Below, piece after piece: positions 52,873 to 64,000 of a DNA stretch of 64,000 nucleotides. The notes beneath the pieces were generated by a model. It was not told the DNA's origin, searched no databases, and worked only from the letters and a program-made list of their open reading frames with translations. The DNA is taken from contig NC_047028.1 of the NCBI RefSeq assembly GCF_902652985.1, forward strand, positions 27,032,001 to 27,096,000, written 5' to 3'. The position numbers and the translations under genes are program-made. This stretch comes from Pecten maximus (Eukaryota). Numbering within the stretch: position 1 is the stretch's first letter; the number at the start of each line of letters is the position of its first letter.

Positions 52873-53417
52873 ACTAGAACCCCTTCCATTTAGATAGGTT
52901 CGGTCATACAGCCAACATTTGAACTTTGGCTGCATCCTTTATATACTAAACGCAAATTCCAGACGAATGATTGAGACATATTCTGAATACCTATTGTGAC
53001 TGTGTACGTAAGACAACACATCACCATAAAACACACACAAAGACAGATTGTATGTCGAGTACACGGATTTGAAAATTAAAATTTCAGATGTTTTTGATGA
53101 AATTTCACAATTTCAGTTGCTTCTTGTTACGATTTTCTCGAATTATGCTGCTTGATGACTAGCATAATAGATTTCATCACTTATATTCATTTAGATGGTT
53201 TCAGATGTCCTTTATATTTTCTATGGTCACGCGGGCTAGTACGGAAAATATGGATTTTTGTTTGTATGATGTCTGAGACAAAATGAAGAGAAGATGTCCT
53301 TTATATTAGAGATGACCCCGTGACCCTTCAGTTGATTTCCGGTGTTTTTATTAATACACGATAGTAAATAAAAAAAAAATGGCTGTCGAGGTAGTGTATT
53401 GAACACAGGGTTATGAT

Positions 53418-53497
53418 TAGCCCGAGTTTCCTCTGGCCCTGACACCATGTCTGGTGTAGGCCAGCCATGGTGTCAGGGACAGAGGAAACTCGGGCTA
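53418..53497. mobile_element. Palindromic mini-MITE, perfect 9-bp TSD
   Basis: TSD GGTTATGAT at 53409-53417 and 53498-53506. Confidence 0.92.
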
Positions 53498-54665
53498 GGT
53501 TATGATATACATGTCGAAATAAATTTCTTGTGAAATGACAGCTATATATTCATATAAGTAAAAAAGGAAATTATGAATAGTACGTGGGTTTCAATACCTC
53601 CTTAAAAGTAAACCGATCTATACCGATATGTGTTTGTACTCTATCACGCTCTGTTAAATCTCCCCTATTTTAATATTTAAAGTACTGAAAAGTACTATTG
53701 AACCGTGGGTTTACAAATGTCGTGATATATGCATTTATATGGCATCAGATAAGTCCTGTATAATAGAGAAGGCCACATGGCCCTTCAGTTGATTCTCCAT
53801 GTTCGGAATTTCCGTATGACTTAGAGGTTGAAAGCTTCACATTGCTTTGCCGTATCGACTGCTCTACCCGGATGTTGTCATTTCACTACGGTCTTCCTCT
53901 TTTCGGGTAGTTTGGTCGGTGACAATCGAGCATACATATTTTAGCAATGTACGTACAACGCCAAGATTCTGATACTAAAAGACGAAAAATGAGTACCGGG
54001 TACTGGCAGGCGTATGGCTTTTCCAATATCTTAAGGGCTTCATCATATTTCATTCGTTTCTAGAATGGTGTCGTGTACTTCATGTAGGCCGATCGCGACT
54101 AAAGGCCTATTAAAAATTGTCAGCGAACCCGAAACTGCTCTTAGAATTGTTGCGGTGATGACGGCCAAGGTATTGTATTCGTAATCGTTAAAGGTCAGTG
54201 ATGATTGCCCTTTTGTTCTTATTAGCAGTTTAGATTTTTCTCTCGCGGTTTATATCCGGGTGCCATTCAAGCGTAGCCGAATCGATATGCCCCTTTGATT
54301 ATCTGGTAATGTTATAACATCGATGTAAGTCGGGTAGCCGAATCGATCTGTAAATTCGATAGCGAGTTTTTCATCCCATAGCCGTATAACGACTTTACTG
54401 TCAACTCAACTATAATCCTGAGTATTTTAACACCAATGCACATACCCAAATAGTATAGCGCGTATCGACTTTTTAATTTGCTTGTCACTTTTTTCATTTT
54501 AATATTTATGTGTGGAAACGCATATAACAATCTTAATATAGAAGAGTCAGCGGTATTGCAACATCATATGTCAGCCTCCTACTTACTACAGTTTATGCAG
54601 CTACACCAACGGGTACCGGCAAACGGGGAATAAATTCTGCAAAACACCAATGGCATCCATTCAAA

Positions 54666-54742
54666 AATCTTCGCTAACCAAGAGTTACGCTACGCTAAGC
54701 TCCATTTCACTAGCATAGAGTAAACCTTGGTTAGCGAAGATG
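54666..54742. mobile_element. Mini-MITE ATCTTCGCTAACCAAG...CTTGGTTAGCGAAGAT
   Basis: 16-bp perfect IR; degenerate 9-bp flanks CCATTCAAA/CCCTTCAGA. Confidence 0.75.
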
Positions 54743-55391
54743 CCCTTCAGAAGGTGGTCAAAGACATTCCAATCTCTCCCGGGACTGTACATAGCTCTAT
54801 AAAAGATAACAAAGGCTTTCCAGTGACTATTGCAACTCTCATCAAGCTTGTATGTAAGGTCTATCCACAATTACAAAATATGATTCTTTCCGGGTTTTGT
54901 GTCAGATTGATTTTGTCTATGACGATTTGCAATATTACGATTTTGCTTCGATATATAACACCTGTACGTGTAATTTAAAATTCACGATCGTGTCACACCA
55001 ATCAATTTTCTAGGTTCTCTGCTATGACAGGCTGTACTTATATAAATAAAACACACATTTATTGTAATGGAAAACAGTCGATAGCGTGAAGTATTCGAAT
55101 TCAGATCCAAAGCTAGATTACTGTGAGAGCTGTGACTTCAAAAGCATACCGTACTTCAAAGACGCCTGACGCTAGCGACAGCGAAACAATCACAGAATGA
55201 GAAAAATGTATAATAAATACTGGTAGGTATAATGACAATAGGTATCATCTCGTGGTATGAATAGCGCAGAGGTTAAATACAGTCTTAAAGGTCAAGGACA
55301 GTGATAGCCTGTAATGTATATTCAGCCGTCAAACGAAGGCGTAGTATGGCATGCTACATATCGTGTTGTCTTGTTGGACAACTGTAACAAC

Positions 55392-55473
55392 TAGTCCGAG
55401 TTTCCTCTGGCCCTGACACCATGTCTGGTGTAGGTACCAGACATGGTGTCAGGGTAAGAGGAAACTCGGGCTA
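55392..55473. mobile_element. Palindromic mini-MITE, 10-bp TSD
   Basis: TSD CTGTAACAAC/CTGTATCAAC. Confidence 0.9.
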
Positions 55474-56489
55474 CTGTATCAACATGTACTAAAGTGCCAT
55501 TATCAAGTCTTAACTGCCAAACTTGTAAACATGGACCTAGTTTCAGCAACGTTCTTCAACTTAAGGGAGGTCGATTACTTGAAATATTATAAAGAAGAAC
55601 ATAACATGATGGAAAGAAAGTCCTTTGACTAGGATATCTTTCCTTAATGCATGGCACTAACCTTAGTAAAAATCCTTTTGTCCTAATTTTGTATTGCCTT
55701 TTTGGTCACCTGTATCAACTAGTCCGATATCTGGAAAGAATAAGAAAGTTTCTCGTTTTGCGTTTTTGAGATATTTGAGCTTTAAAATAGCAGCCTTTCT
55801 GATTTTTTTTCCATTTTTTTTGTACATGAACGTAATACCCCAAAAATCGAGGCATTTGCTCCATATATTTATTTGAACAATTTTGGACAAAATTGTTTCC
55901 AACAAATGCAAGAAATTAAACCGCCATTTTTATACAGTTGTGACATTAGACAGCCAGAATTATATGCTTTTAATTGAGCATAAAAATAATAGGAATCTCA
56001 CTTTACCCTAATAGCTCGGAGTGGCATACGCGGGCCTCCCGTATATAGTTGATTGTAGTAGTCACCAACTACTACAAGGAGACCCAGCCTCAAAATGACC
56101 CTAGCTGTTTGTGTGTCGATATAAACCCAGTAAGCAAGCAAGCAAACAAACCATATAACGTTTCATATAGATAATGCAATGGTATTTAGGGTAATCCGTA
56201 GAACAACTGTACAAACAGGTCATATCGATCACGTGAAAGACTAAAGGATCAACCCATAAAAAAGGCCACATGGTGTCGTGCGATAGCAATAACGGTCAGC
56301 AGCAGAGGGGTCATTTAGGGACACACGCGATGAGCATGAATTAATCGTGTGCCACTAGACATTATACATTACCGTACAAACCGACTGAAATGGCGGTACA
56401 CGAAGTGGGCGTCAAGGGAGAAACATAAAACAGTCAAAAAGCAAATATATTTAGATAGATATCACCGTAACCTCACGCTTGAAACATGA

Positions 56490-56715
56490 TACTGTAAACC
56501 TTGTTATTTTCGCGAGGGGTTTAATTTCGCGATTTCGATAAGTAAATTATGTACGTTGAGGTGATTTTCGCTATCGATGTATCTTTTTTTCGTTTGCACA
56601 TCTTCCATAATCACCACATACACCACACACAAAATTACGCGTGCGGGGAATTTTCGCGACCGAATGACGTTATCCGCGTAAAATTCCCCCTCGCCTAAAT
56701 TTCCACGCTAACCGT
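56490..56715. mobile_element. Tc1/pogo-like MITE (TACTGTAAA...), similar to 59843-60054
   Basis: TACTGTA start with TTTCGCG/CGCG.AAA subterminal repeats. Confidence 0.55.
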
Positions 56716-57459
56716 GTTGTATTCAGGTTTAATTGTACAAGTTCTCCCTCGAACGTACCCGTACTTGACAACATAAATGTTTACATACTCGTCTTTGACG
56801 AAGGTGATGCCAATTTGTTGCAGGGTAATAAATCGGTAACAATACCCTAGACATTTCCGTACCTGTTCTCGACACTTTATCGATTTATCTTGTAATAAGT
56901 TAGACTGGAAACCGAGTGTGTATCTACAATTTTTATAGGATGGATACCTCCAGGCAAAACAATAAGTATAAACATTTCTTTATACTGTGTATACCAGGTG
57001 TGGTTCATGTAGCATCTCCCTGTATTCCAGTAGGTATTCATACTGCCAATAAACGCCATCTGTTATCGGTTCAATACTTTGATTACATTGCTATTGTCGT
57101 CATAGCATATTTGAAGTAATATGTGTTTATGCTCGTTGATTAGCTTGACGGTTCCGCTGCCAAGCCACTACACCGGTTCCCATTTTGAGGACGTGACATC
57201 TCATAAAATTGTTCTAGATTTATACGGACGGATGTCGTCGTTGTAGCAGAATACACTTACCTTATGAAGCCTGATCGTACTACCCTTTTTTCATTGGCAG
57301 ACATTTAAAATTATATCATATATCAATTTTGAGTAAGAACTACGACTTCCATGGTTCTTTTACTAGTTTTCTCTAATTGTTTTAATGGAAATATAACTAC
57401 GACTTTGAAAGACTCAACGAAAAGATGCAATAAATTCCAGGATTAATTTGATTACGTTT

Positions 57460-57594
57460 NNNNNNNNNNNNNNNNNNNNNNNNNNNNNNNNNNNNNNNNN
57501 NNNNNNNNNNNNNNNNNNNNNNNNNNNNNNNNNNNNNNNNNNNNNNNNNNNNNNNNNNNNNNNNNNNNNNNNNNNNNNNNNNNNNNNNNNNNNN
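57460..57594. other. Assembly gap (135 N)
   Basis: Run of N. Confidence 1.
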
Positions 57595-58800
57595 AGCAAA
57601 AGCAACGTTACAACGGCGACGTCATTTTTTTACGTTATGGGTGATAACATATGTTTTACGGCAATGAAAATGCTTGTTACAACCAAGATGGAATTATTTG
57701 ATTTTATTAAACACACAATGGGTCGAAATCGTTGGTGTAATATAAATACTGGTATAATTAAGACTTACTATCCGAGATTAATTGGTCTGGCACACCGTGT
57801 ATCAAATGAGAATTACTTACACGAACATTTCATTGAACAGTAAAATTCCACTGAAGGTCACATTCGTGACCATACATTTTTGATAATCCGGATTTCAAAT
57901 AGGATTTGGAAACCGCATGTACAATGTATTAGGAATTAATCCGTTTCACGTACTTCCATCTTTTGTTATTCAGTGAACATGGTTTTGTTTTTGGAAATCG
58001 GAAGAGGTTTCTTTGACGTCATTTCCGTTGTTAATCAGATGTCGTACAAGGCAGTAAAATTGATGTACTTTGTAAATATAAATTTTTGATAGCTATGCGG
58101 TATACCTGACTCAAACCGTCAATGATCGATTATCTCAGAATTAATTATCTCCGAAAGAATTGCATCAATTTATTCTATTTTGGACGGTCTTGTGCCTCTT
58201 GATAGACAATATTAGATTTCTTGTCAGACTCGGCATATCCGTTAATTTCTGCGGAATACAGACACGTTTGCCTCGACATCAATGAAGCATCTATAGTGTT
58301 AGGAGTCTAGTCGAAGACAAATTAATCAAGATGGACAGATGGACCATTACCCAGTATCGCCAGTTATCGATGTTTTAACGAAACATCCGGTACCGCTTGA
58401 TTTCCGCGGAGACCGGAAGTGAGCCAGAAATGATAATAGCTTGACCAACGTGACAACATGAATTCAAAGTTATCATGCAATCTGGAGGATACGAAGCGAG
58501 TAAATTCTAGTTTTTAAGGTTATCAAATGCTGGATATATTCCCAACTGACGAATTACTTTGGATATCCGTTATTACACAATAGTGACACATCCTCCCATT
58601 GAAACAGAGGTTATCAAACATTGATAGCGATGATGAAGCGGCACCGTATCACCCAGTAGAGAATATTTAGCAATAGAAATTAACTGCTGGATCCTTTGTC
58701 TCCCATGGGCATCAGACGTTGAATGCAATACATACATGCATATAATACAAGTACATCAGGTTTCGTTCAAAGATTATCCTCACCAGGCCCCGAAATTTGT

Positions 58801-58991
58801 GGGGCCGCGGTGGCCGAGTGGTTAAGGTGTCCGACACTTTATCACTAGCCCTCCACCTCTGGATTGCGGGTACGGACCGTAGGCCGGTGGTTTTTCTCCG
58901 GGCACTCCGGCTTTCCTCCACCTCCAAACCTGGCACGTCCTTAAATGACCCTGGCTGTTAATAGGACGTTAAACAAAAACAAACAAACAAA
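58801..58991 (+). mobile_element. V-SINE with an internal deletion removing the B box
   Basis: Head and tail match the other copies; ~30 bp missing after GGATTGCG. Confidence 0.88.
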
Positions 58992-59842
58992 TATCCACGA
59001 CAGATTCTATAATTTTTTTCAAGTTGACATACCAAAAATGACACTTCTAAATCCGTCAGAACTTTTATGCGAGAAACGTAATCCAGTTTGATGTAGAAAT
59101 TTATATATAATATATATTTAAAATTAGTTATTGCCTTGTTGAGACAGTCATCGGCCCTTTCGAATATGTAACTGTATTATGCTGTCAGTTTGACCTCGCT
59201 GGATGAAGAATAAGTTTATTCCAGATATCTATCACTCGGAATGTCCAAGTCTGGTATCGGAGCCAGAGGAAACGCGGACTCACTCTCGCGGTACTAGTTC
59301 CATTATTCCGTGGTACTGGACATTGGGTAGTAGTATTCCAACTCTAACCGAAAAGATTTACTATACCAACAACCCGCATTTAAAAGTTGTTATGCAGCTC
59401 TGGCAAAAAGGTCAAACCAACAGTGATTATTACAGTCATGTAAACTATTTATGCCCATGTAGTGCTTTGAAAATTAAACAAATATTTATTAAATCTTCTT
59501 AAAATATCATCTGAAAAATAGAGTAACCTCGCTGTGGTGGGTGGTTTACCACAAACTGGAAATGTATTTAAAGGTAAAAAGAAGCTATAATTAATTGACC
59601 TTTCGGTTGAGTACATTATGGTATTTTGAGCCAATATAAAAGTACAAAGAATATATTAGGGGTTTTAATGGTTAAGTGAAATGAATACTCGGTGACAAGC
59701 ATCCGGCCGCAGGGAACAGAAACCTTGTACATGTCAGAACAGGGCTGCTCGGGAATTTCAATACTGATGAGTTCAGCACAAAATATAATTAATTCCAGTT
59801 TTATGGTAAGCATAATTTTAACACAGTAACTCTGAGGCAGAT

Positions 59843-60054
59843 ACTGTAAATTCACTCATTTTAGCGAGCTCATACTTTAGCGCAAATGTTAATTAAAATT
59901 GGATTAGCGCGATGATAAATTAGCTCGCCAACAATACTTGCCATATAGAATATTGTAGATAAACTACCATTAGAACAATCAAAATTTAGCGAAATTTTCC
60001 TAACGCGAAACTCGCTAAAATAAGATTCCCGCTAAAATATGTACGTTTACAGTA
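59843..60054. mobile_element. Tc1/pogo-like MITE
   Basis: TACTGTAAA...TTTACAGTA ends; internal TTTAGCG/CGCTAAA repeats. Confidence 0.7.
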
Positions 60055-61532
60055 AATTTTGTTTATTATTCAAATAATTAGAATTATGGCATATCATGTA
60101 AAATAATAATTTATCTCACAACAGAGATCTCGGTTCTCTCTCCTTTAATTTATTCTTAGACAAAGCCGTTGGTATGTTGCTAAGGACGAAATGCCAATCA
60201 CAGGATAAAATCGATATTTTAGACAAAAATAGATCACGTGGACATCGATAAGTGGACAAGATAAACATAATGTATATTAAACTCGACCAAGTTTTGATTG
60301 ATTATGAATTATTCTCTTACCTGTAGTCGTTCTTTATTGACAGGGATAAGTGTTGGTGGTAAACTGCACTATGACCTCATTTGAATTTGAATATCATCTG
60401 ACTTCTCCCATATCATCATGATTAGATAAATACAACACATTTAACAGATACATAGTTTGATATTTTCTATGCAATTTCGTACTTTAAGGTTCGCAGGGAT
60501 AAAGAATTCACCCAATTATGTCAACTAAGAAATGATTGCTACATTTACTGACGACAGATTTTATTATGAAAAATGGATTCGATGTTAATCCTTTACGATA
60601 TGGACCAAACTATTCAGTGTCATAAAATGAATAAAATTAATTTATAAAAGTGCCGAAATTATACATCAGACTTTTCGATTCAAATGCAAAAAGAGTCTAT
60701 CTAAAACATGGAAGCTTTACATTGGAAACCCTTTCTGTTTGGAATTAAGAACGCTGTTCAGTCGGCGGTGTTTCTTACACTCAAATGGCTATGGATTTCA
60801 ACGGGAAATGTTTGCGGACGTCCTTCGAGCAATGTGTCGGACACCAGACACTTGCTAATGTCATTAATGGAAATCAGAAGATGACAGTTAACCAATACAC
60901 TTGGTGAGCTACACCCAAGACACAGACAAATGTATCGTGGAGTTCCGATACACGTTTTGCAGTGTCGACAAATTTGTCGGCAAATTAAGTTATTGTAATA
61001 TAAAACACTTTGATACAAGTCTGCAAATACCGCAACTAGTCATTACCGAGCAATCATTCTATTGACAGAGTTGAGGGGAATTAACTTGAGACAGTTGTGG
61101 ACGATTGGTCCATAACAACAATAACAACACTGGACTTAATTGCGGTGAATGCGAGGGTGGAGGAGTGGAATTGCATTCTGTATGTTGGTTTCGCTCAATA
61201 ATGTGTTAATTTTGTTGGCACATCGTGAAAAGCTTGTACACAAATAGATGGAACCAAAGACTGACCAAGTTTTAATGTATTTATCATCGAAATCGATATC
61301 TGTTTTTGTTGACAGACAATACACGTGTACGAAGCATGGAACAAGTTTCTGGAAGGTTAATCAGCTTCATCAGCCGTTACTCGAATGTATAGCTACGTCT
61401 ATGTTTTATTATCTTTATTAAGTAAGTGTCATCTGTTTTGGAAATGCATGGGATAAATAGTATAATAATACCATAAAGAACAATAGGATACATTGTTCTG
61501 TAAATAAAAGTTGTCTGTTTCCTCTTTACACT

Positions 61533-61766
61533 GGAGCCACGGTGGCTGAGTGGTTAATATGTTCCGACACTTTATCACTAGCCCGTCACCTGTGGGTTGC
61601 GAGTTCGAATCCCACGTGAAAAAAACCATGTGGCTGAGTTGCCAGGTACTGACCGTAGGCCGGTGGTTTTTCTCTGGGTACTCCGGCTTTCCTCCACCTC
61701 CAAAACCAGGCACGTCCTTAAATGACATTGGCTGTTTTAAAATAGGACGTTAAACAAAACTAAAAC
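61533..61766 (+). mobile_element. V-SINE, full length
   Basis: A box TGGCTGAGTGG, B box GTTCGAATCC, V core and tail. Confidence 0.9.
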
Positions 61767-62919
61767 TCCTTACTCTCAGGCGCAAACTTATTGTTACGTT
61801 TGTGTGAATCCTAAACAAAATACAGACTCAACATTTAATATGGAAACCTCAATCTTAGCTAGTCTTGTTCCAAAAAAAACAATTTCCTCACTTAAAACTC
61901 TCTACCAGGAGATCATGGATCCAAGGTTTCTCTATGGGGCCACAAAAGGCCTTTCTGTGTTGCCAAAGTAATATTCGTCCACACTGGTCTGTTTGGTAAC
62001 GAAAGAAATGCTTCTTTAATTTTCATGTGTCCGAGTGAATCAATAAATAGAGGATATCTAACAGTGTCTTCAGTAATACCAAATATATTTCACGAGTGGG
62101 GCTAATATTTTGATATTTTTCACGAGTGCGCAGTGAAAAATATCACTTTTATAGAATGAATAATTTTTGATATTTCACTGGTAAAAATGTAATAAAAATC
62201 TTTAAGTTATCAAGTCAGCTTGAGTTATTGATATCCAGTGTAGCAGACTGGTGTTTATAAAATCACGCGTATTAACAACAAAATGTCCCCAAGAGTACAA
62301 AAAAAATGCTTAAAATGACAATAACAAAATTGGAGAAAAAAATTCACTCTCATTGTCAGACGAAACAACTCATTTCATATTAGATTAGCGACAAACAAAT
62401 TGCTTCCATGTTAGAATTTTTAAATCTAGTTATCAGGATAATCGAAATAACATGGTAATCACTTTAAAATATTAAATGGCTATGTTATACGCTTAATTTT
62501 CTGAAAGCAGTTGGCTGTTCGTGATAATGTCTATGATGGTAGCCTTATGATGTTACTACCACTGACTGCTGTGTGGTGGCAATCACGTCTAGGAGACACA
62601 ATGTCCAGTCAGCGGTATTTGGTTTAAAGATAGTCTTACAATCTTGCAGGGACATACAGCGTATAGCTATTTGGCCGAAAATCGATAAAAACTGACCACG
62701 AGCTAGCCGGAACTAGGTGTTCGTCATAATTCGACATCCATCTGGTGAAAGACTTTCAGCTTATTGATTCATCGTCAAATTCTACTCTCTGAGTTACCGC
62801 AAACACAGGGTCAAACCAATAAGTTGACGTATTGGTAATGTGAAAACAATGTCAACGTAGAGAATCGTGTCCCTTGTTTAGAATAATAATCAAGAATCAT
62901 GTCTCCGTTAAGAATGATT

Positions 62920-63470
62920 ACTATCATTTATAATCGTAGCTGTTGTTTATAATAATGGTCCATGTTTATGATAAAATCTTTCGATGGTCATCATGACCTA
63001 CTGTTTATAATAATGTCTTCGTTTATAATCACATATTTCGCTTATTATCATGACCTACTTTTATAATATTGGTCCACGTTTACAATCACATCTTTCGTTA
63101 GTCATCATGAGCTACGTTTATGATAATGGTCCTCGTTTATAATCACATATTTCGCATATTATAATAACATACGTTTATAATAATGGTATTCACTTATTAT
63201 CACATCTTTCGAATGTCATCATGACCTACGTTTATAATAATTTCTTCGTTTATAATCACATCTTTCATTTATAATCATGACCTACGTTTATAATATTGGT
63301 CTTCGTTTATAATCACATCTTTCGTTTATTATCATGACCTACCTTGAAAATATTGGTCATCGTTTATAATCATATATGTCGTTTGTTATCATGACCTACG
63401 CTTATAATAATGTCTTAATTTATAATCACATCTTTCGTTTATTATCATGACTCACGTTAAGAATCACGAC
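62920..63470. repeat. 57-bp minisatellite built from three diverged 19-bp monomers
   Basis: TCATGA(C/G)CTAC at 62991, 63048, 63105...; monomers CGTTTATAATCACATCTTT / CGTTTATTATCATGACCTA / CGTTTATAATAATGGTCTT. Confidence 0.9.
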
Positions 63471-64000
63471 ACTCGTTTTTAACCATATATCATGTACATG
63501 TATTTGTTTGAATAAACAAAACGTTCTGTTTAAGAATAAATATTTTCAATCCAGCGATAATATAAAATAGTATTAATTAAACCTATTGTTGTTTTCTCCG
63601 TAGTTTCTTAATGAGTTTTCAGTTAGGTTTTATTATACTGCGTTCGTATTTAAGCTCTTTTTAATTTGCAATTAAAATCCGAGTGCAGTTAAAACTGATA
63701 TCACAACAATCTGGAAAGAAAAATCTTACATACAGATAGATTCGTTCTGGAGTTAAAATTAAAGTAATGCATAAATTCTTTAAAACCTGTTTCACATTTG
63801 CAACAGAATGGTAATAAAATTTCCCAATGCGTCTGCGTTCTCTGCCCGACGTCGCATCAAAACTAGATAATTTTCTCGCTGAACGAGTGACCATGTTTAG
63901 TCTGTGTACAAAGATCGATGGGCTGTAAGACAATTCTGTCGAGATAGCTGTTTGAGGTGGCAAGACTTCACGGAAGTGTCCTCCATCATCGCGAATATTT

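Noticed and set aside
61533-61615. tRNA genes at SINE heads (also 12598, 29977, 35316, 51622 and 58801)
   Set aside because: No proper cloverleaf or acceptor stem, and they are embedded in repeats
50072-64000. Candidate second exons for the IP3R-like gene (acceptors at 54600, 55937, 57973 and 60962)
   Set aside because: Phase-2 translations stop early or show no IP3R resemblance

Overview
AT-rich eukaryotic (metazoan) genomic DNA. The SINE, LINE and MITE repertoire points to a bivalve mollusc, possibly a scallop (inference). Host genes are: a laccase-like multicopper oxidase on the minus strand (one 2.05-kb exon plus an unannotated second exon adding a Gly-rich transmembrane anchor); a complete 7-exon ASCC1 gene (370 aa, +); and the probable first coding exon of an IP3-receptor-like gene (+, 49989-50071) whose next exon was not found. 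Much of the rest is transposon debris, often nested: L1/Tx1, RTE-X-like, CR1 and Penelope (Naiad-like) remnants, three SINE families with related tails, many MITEs with readable target-site duplications (TSDs), and minisatellites. A likely haplotype duplication flanks a 500-N gap. The most unusual signals are (1) a 1.83-kb solo LTR carrying a tandem C2H2 zinc-finger ORF in its U3 region, with a second diverged piece of that ORF captured in frame inside a LINE endonuclease, and (2) a full-length Meta-type SINE whose exact 5' end is a compact multi-stem, kissing-loop RNA (ribozyme candidate) upstream of the tRNA-like head. No CRISPR, rRNA or bona fide tRNA genes were found.
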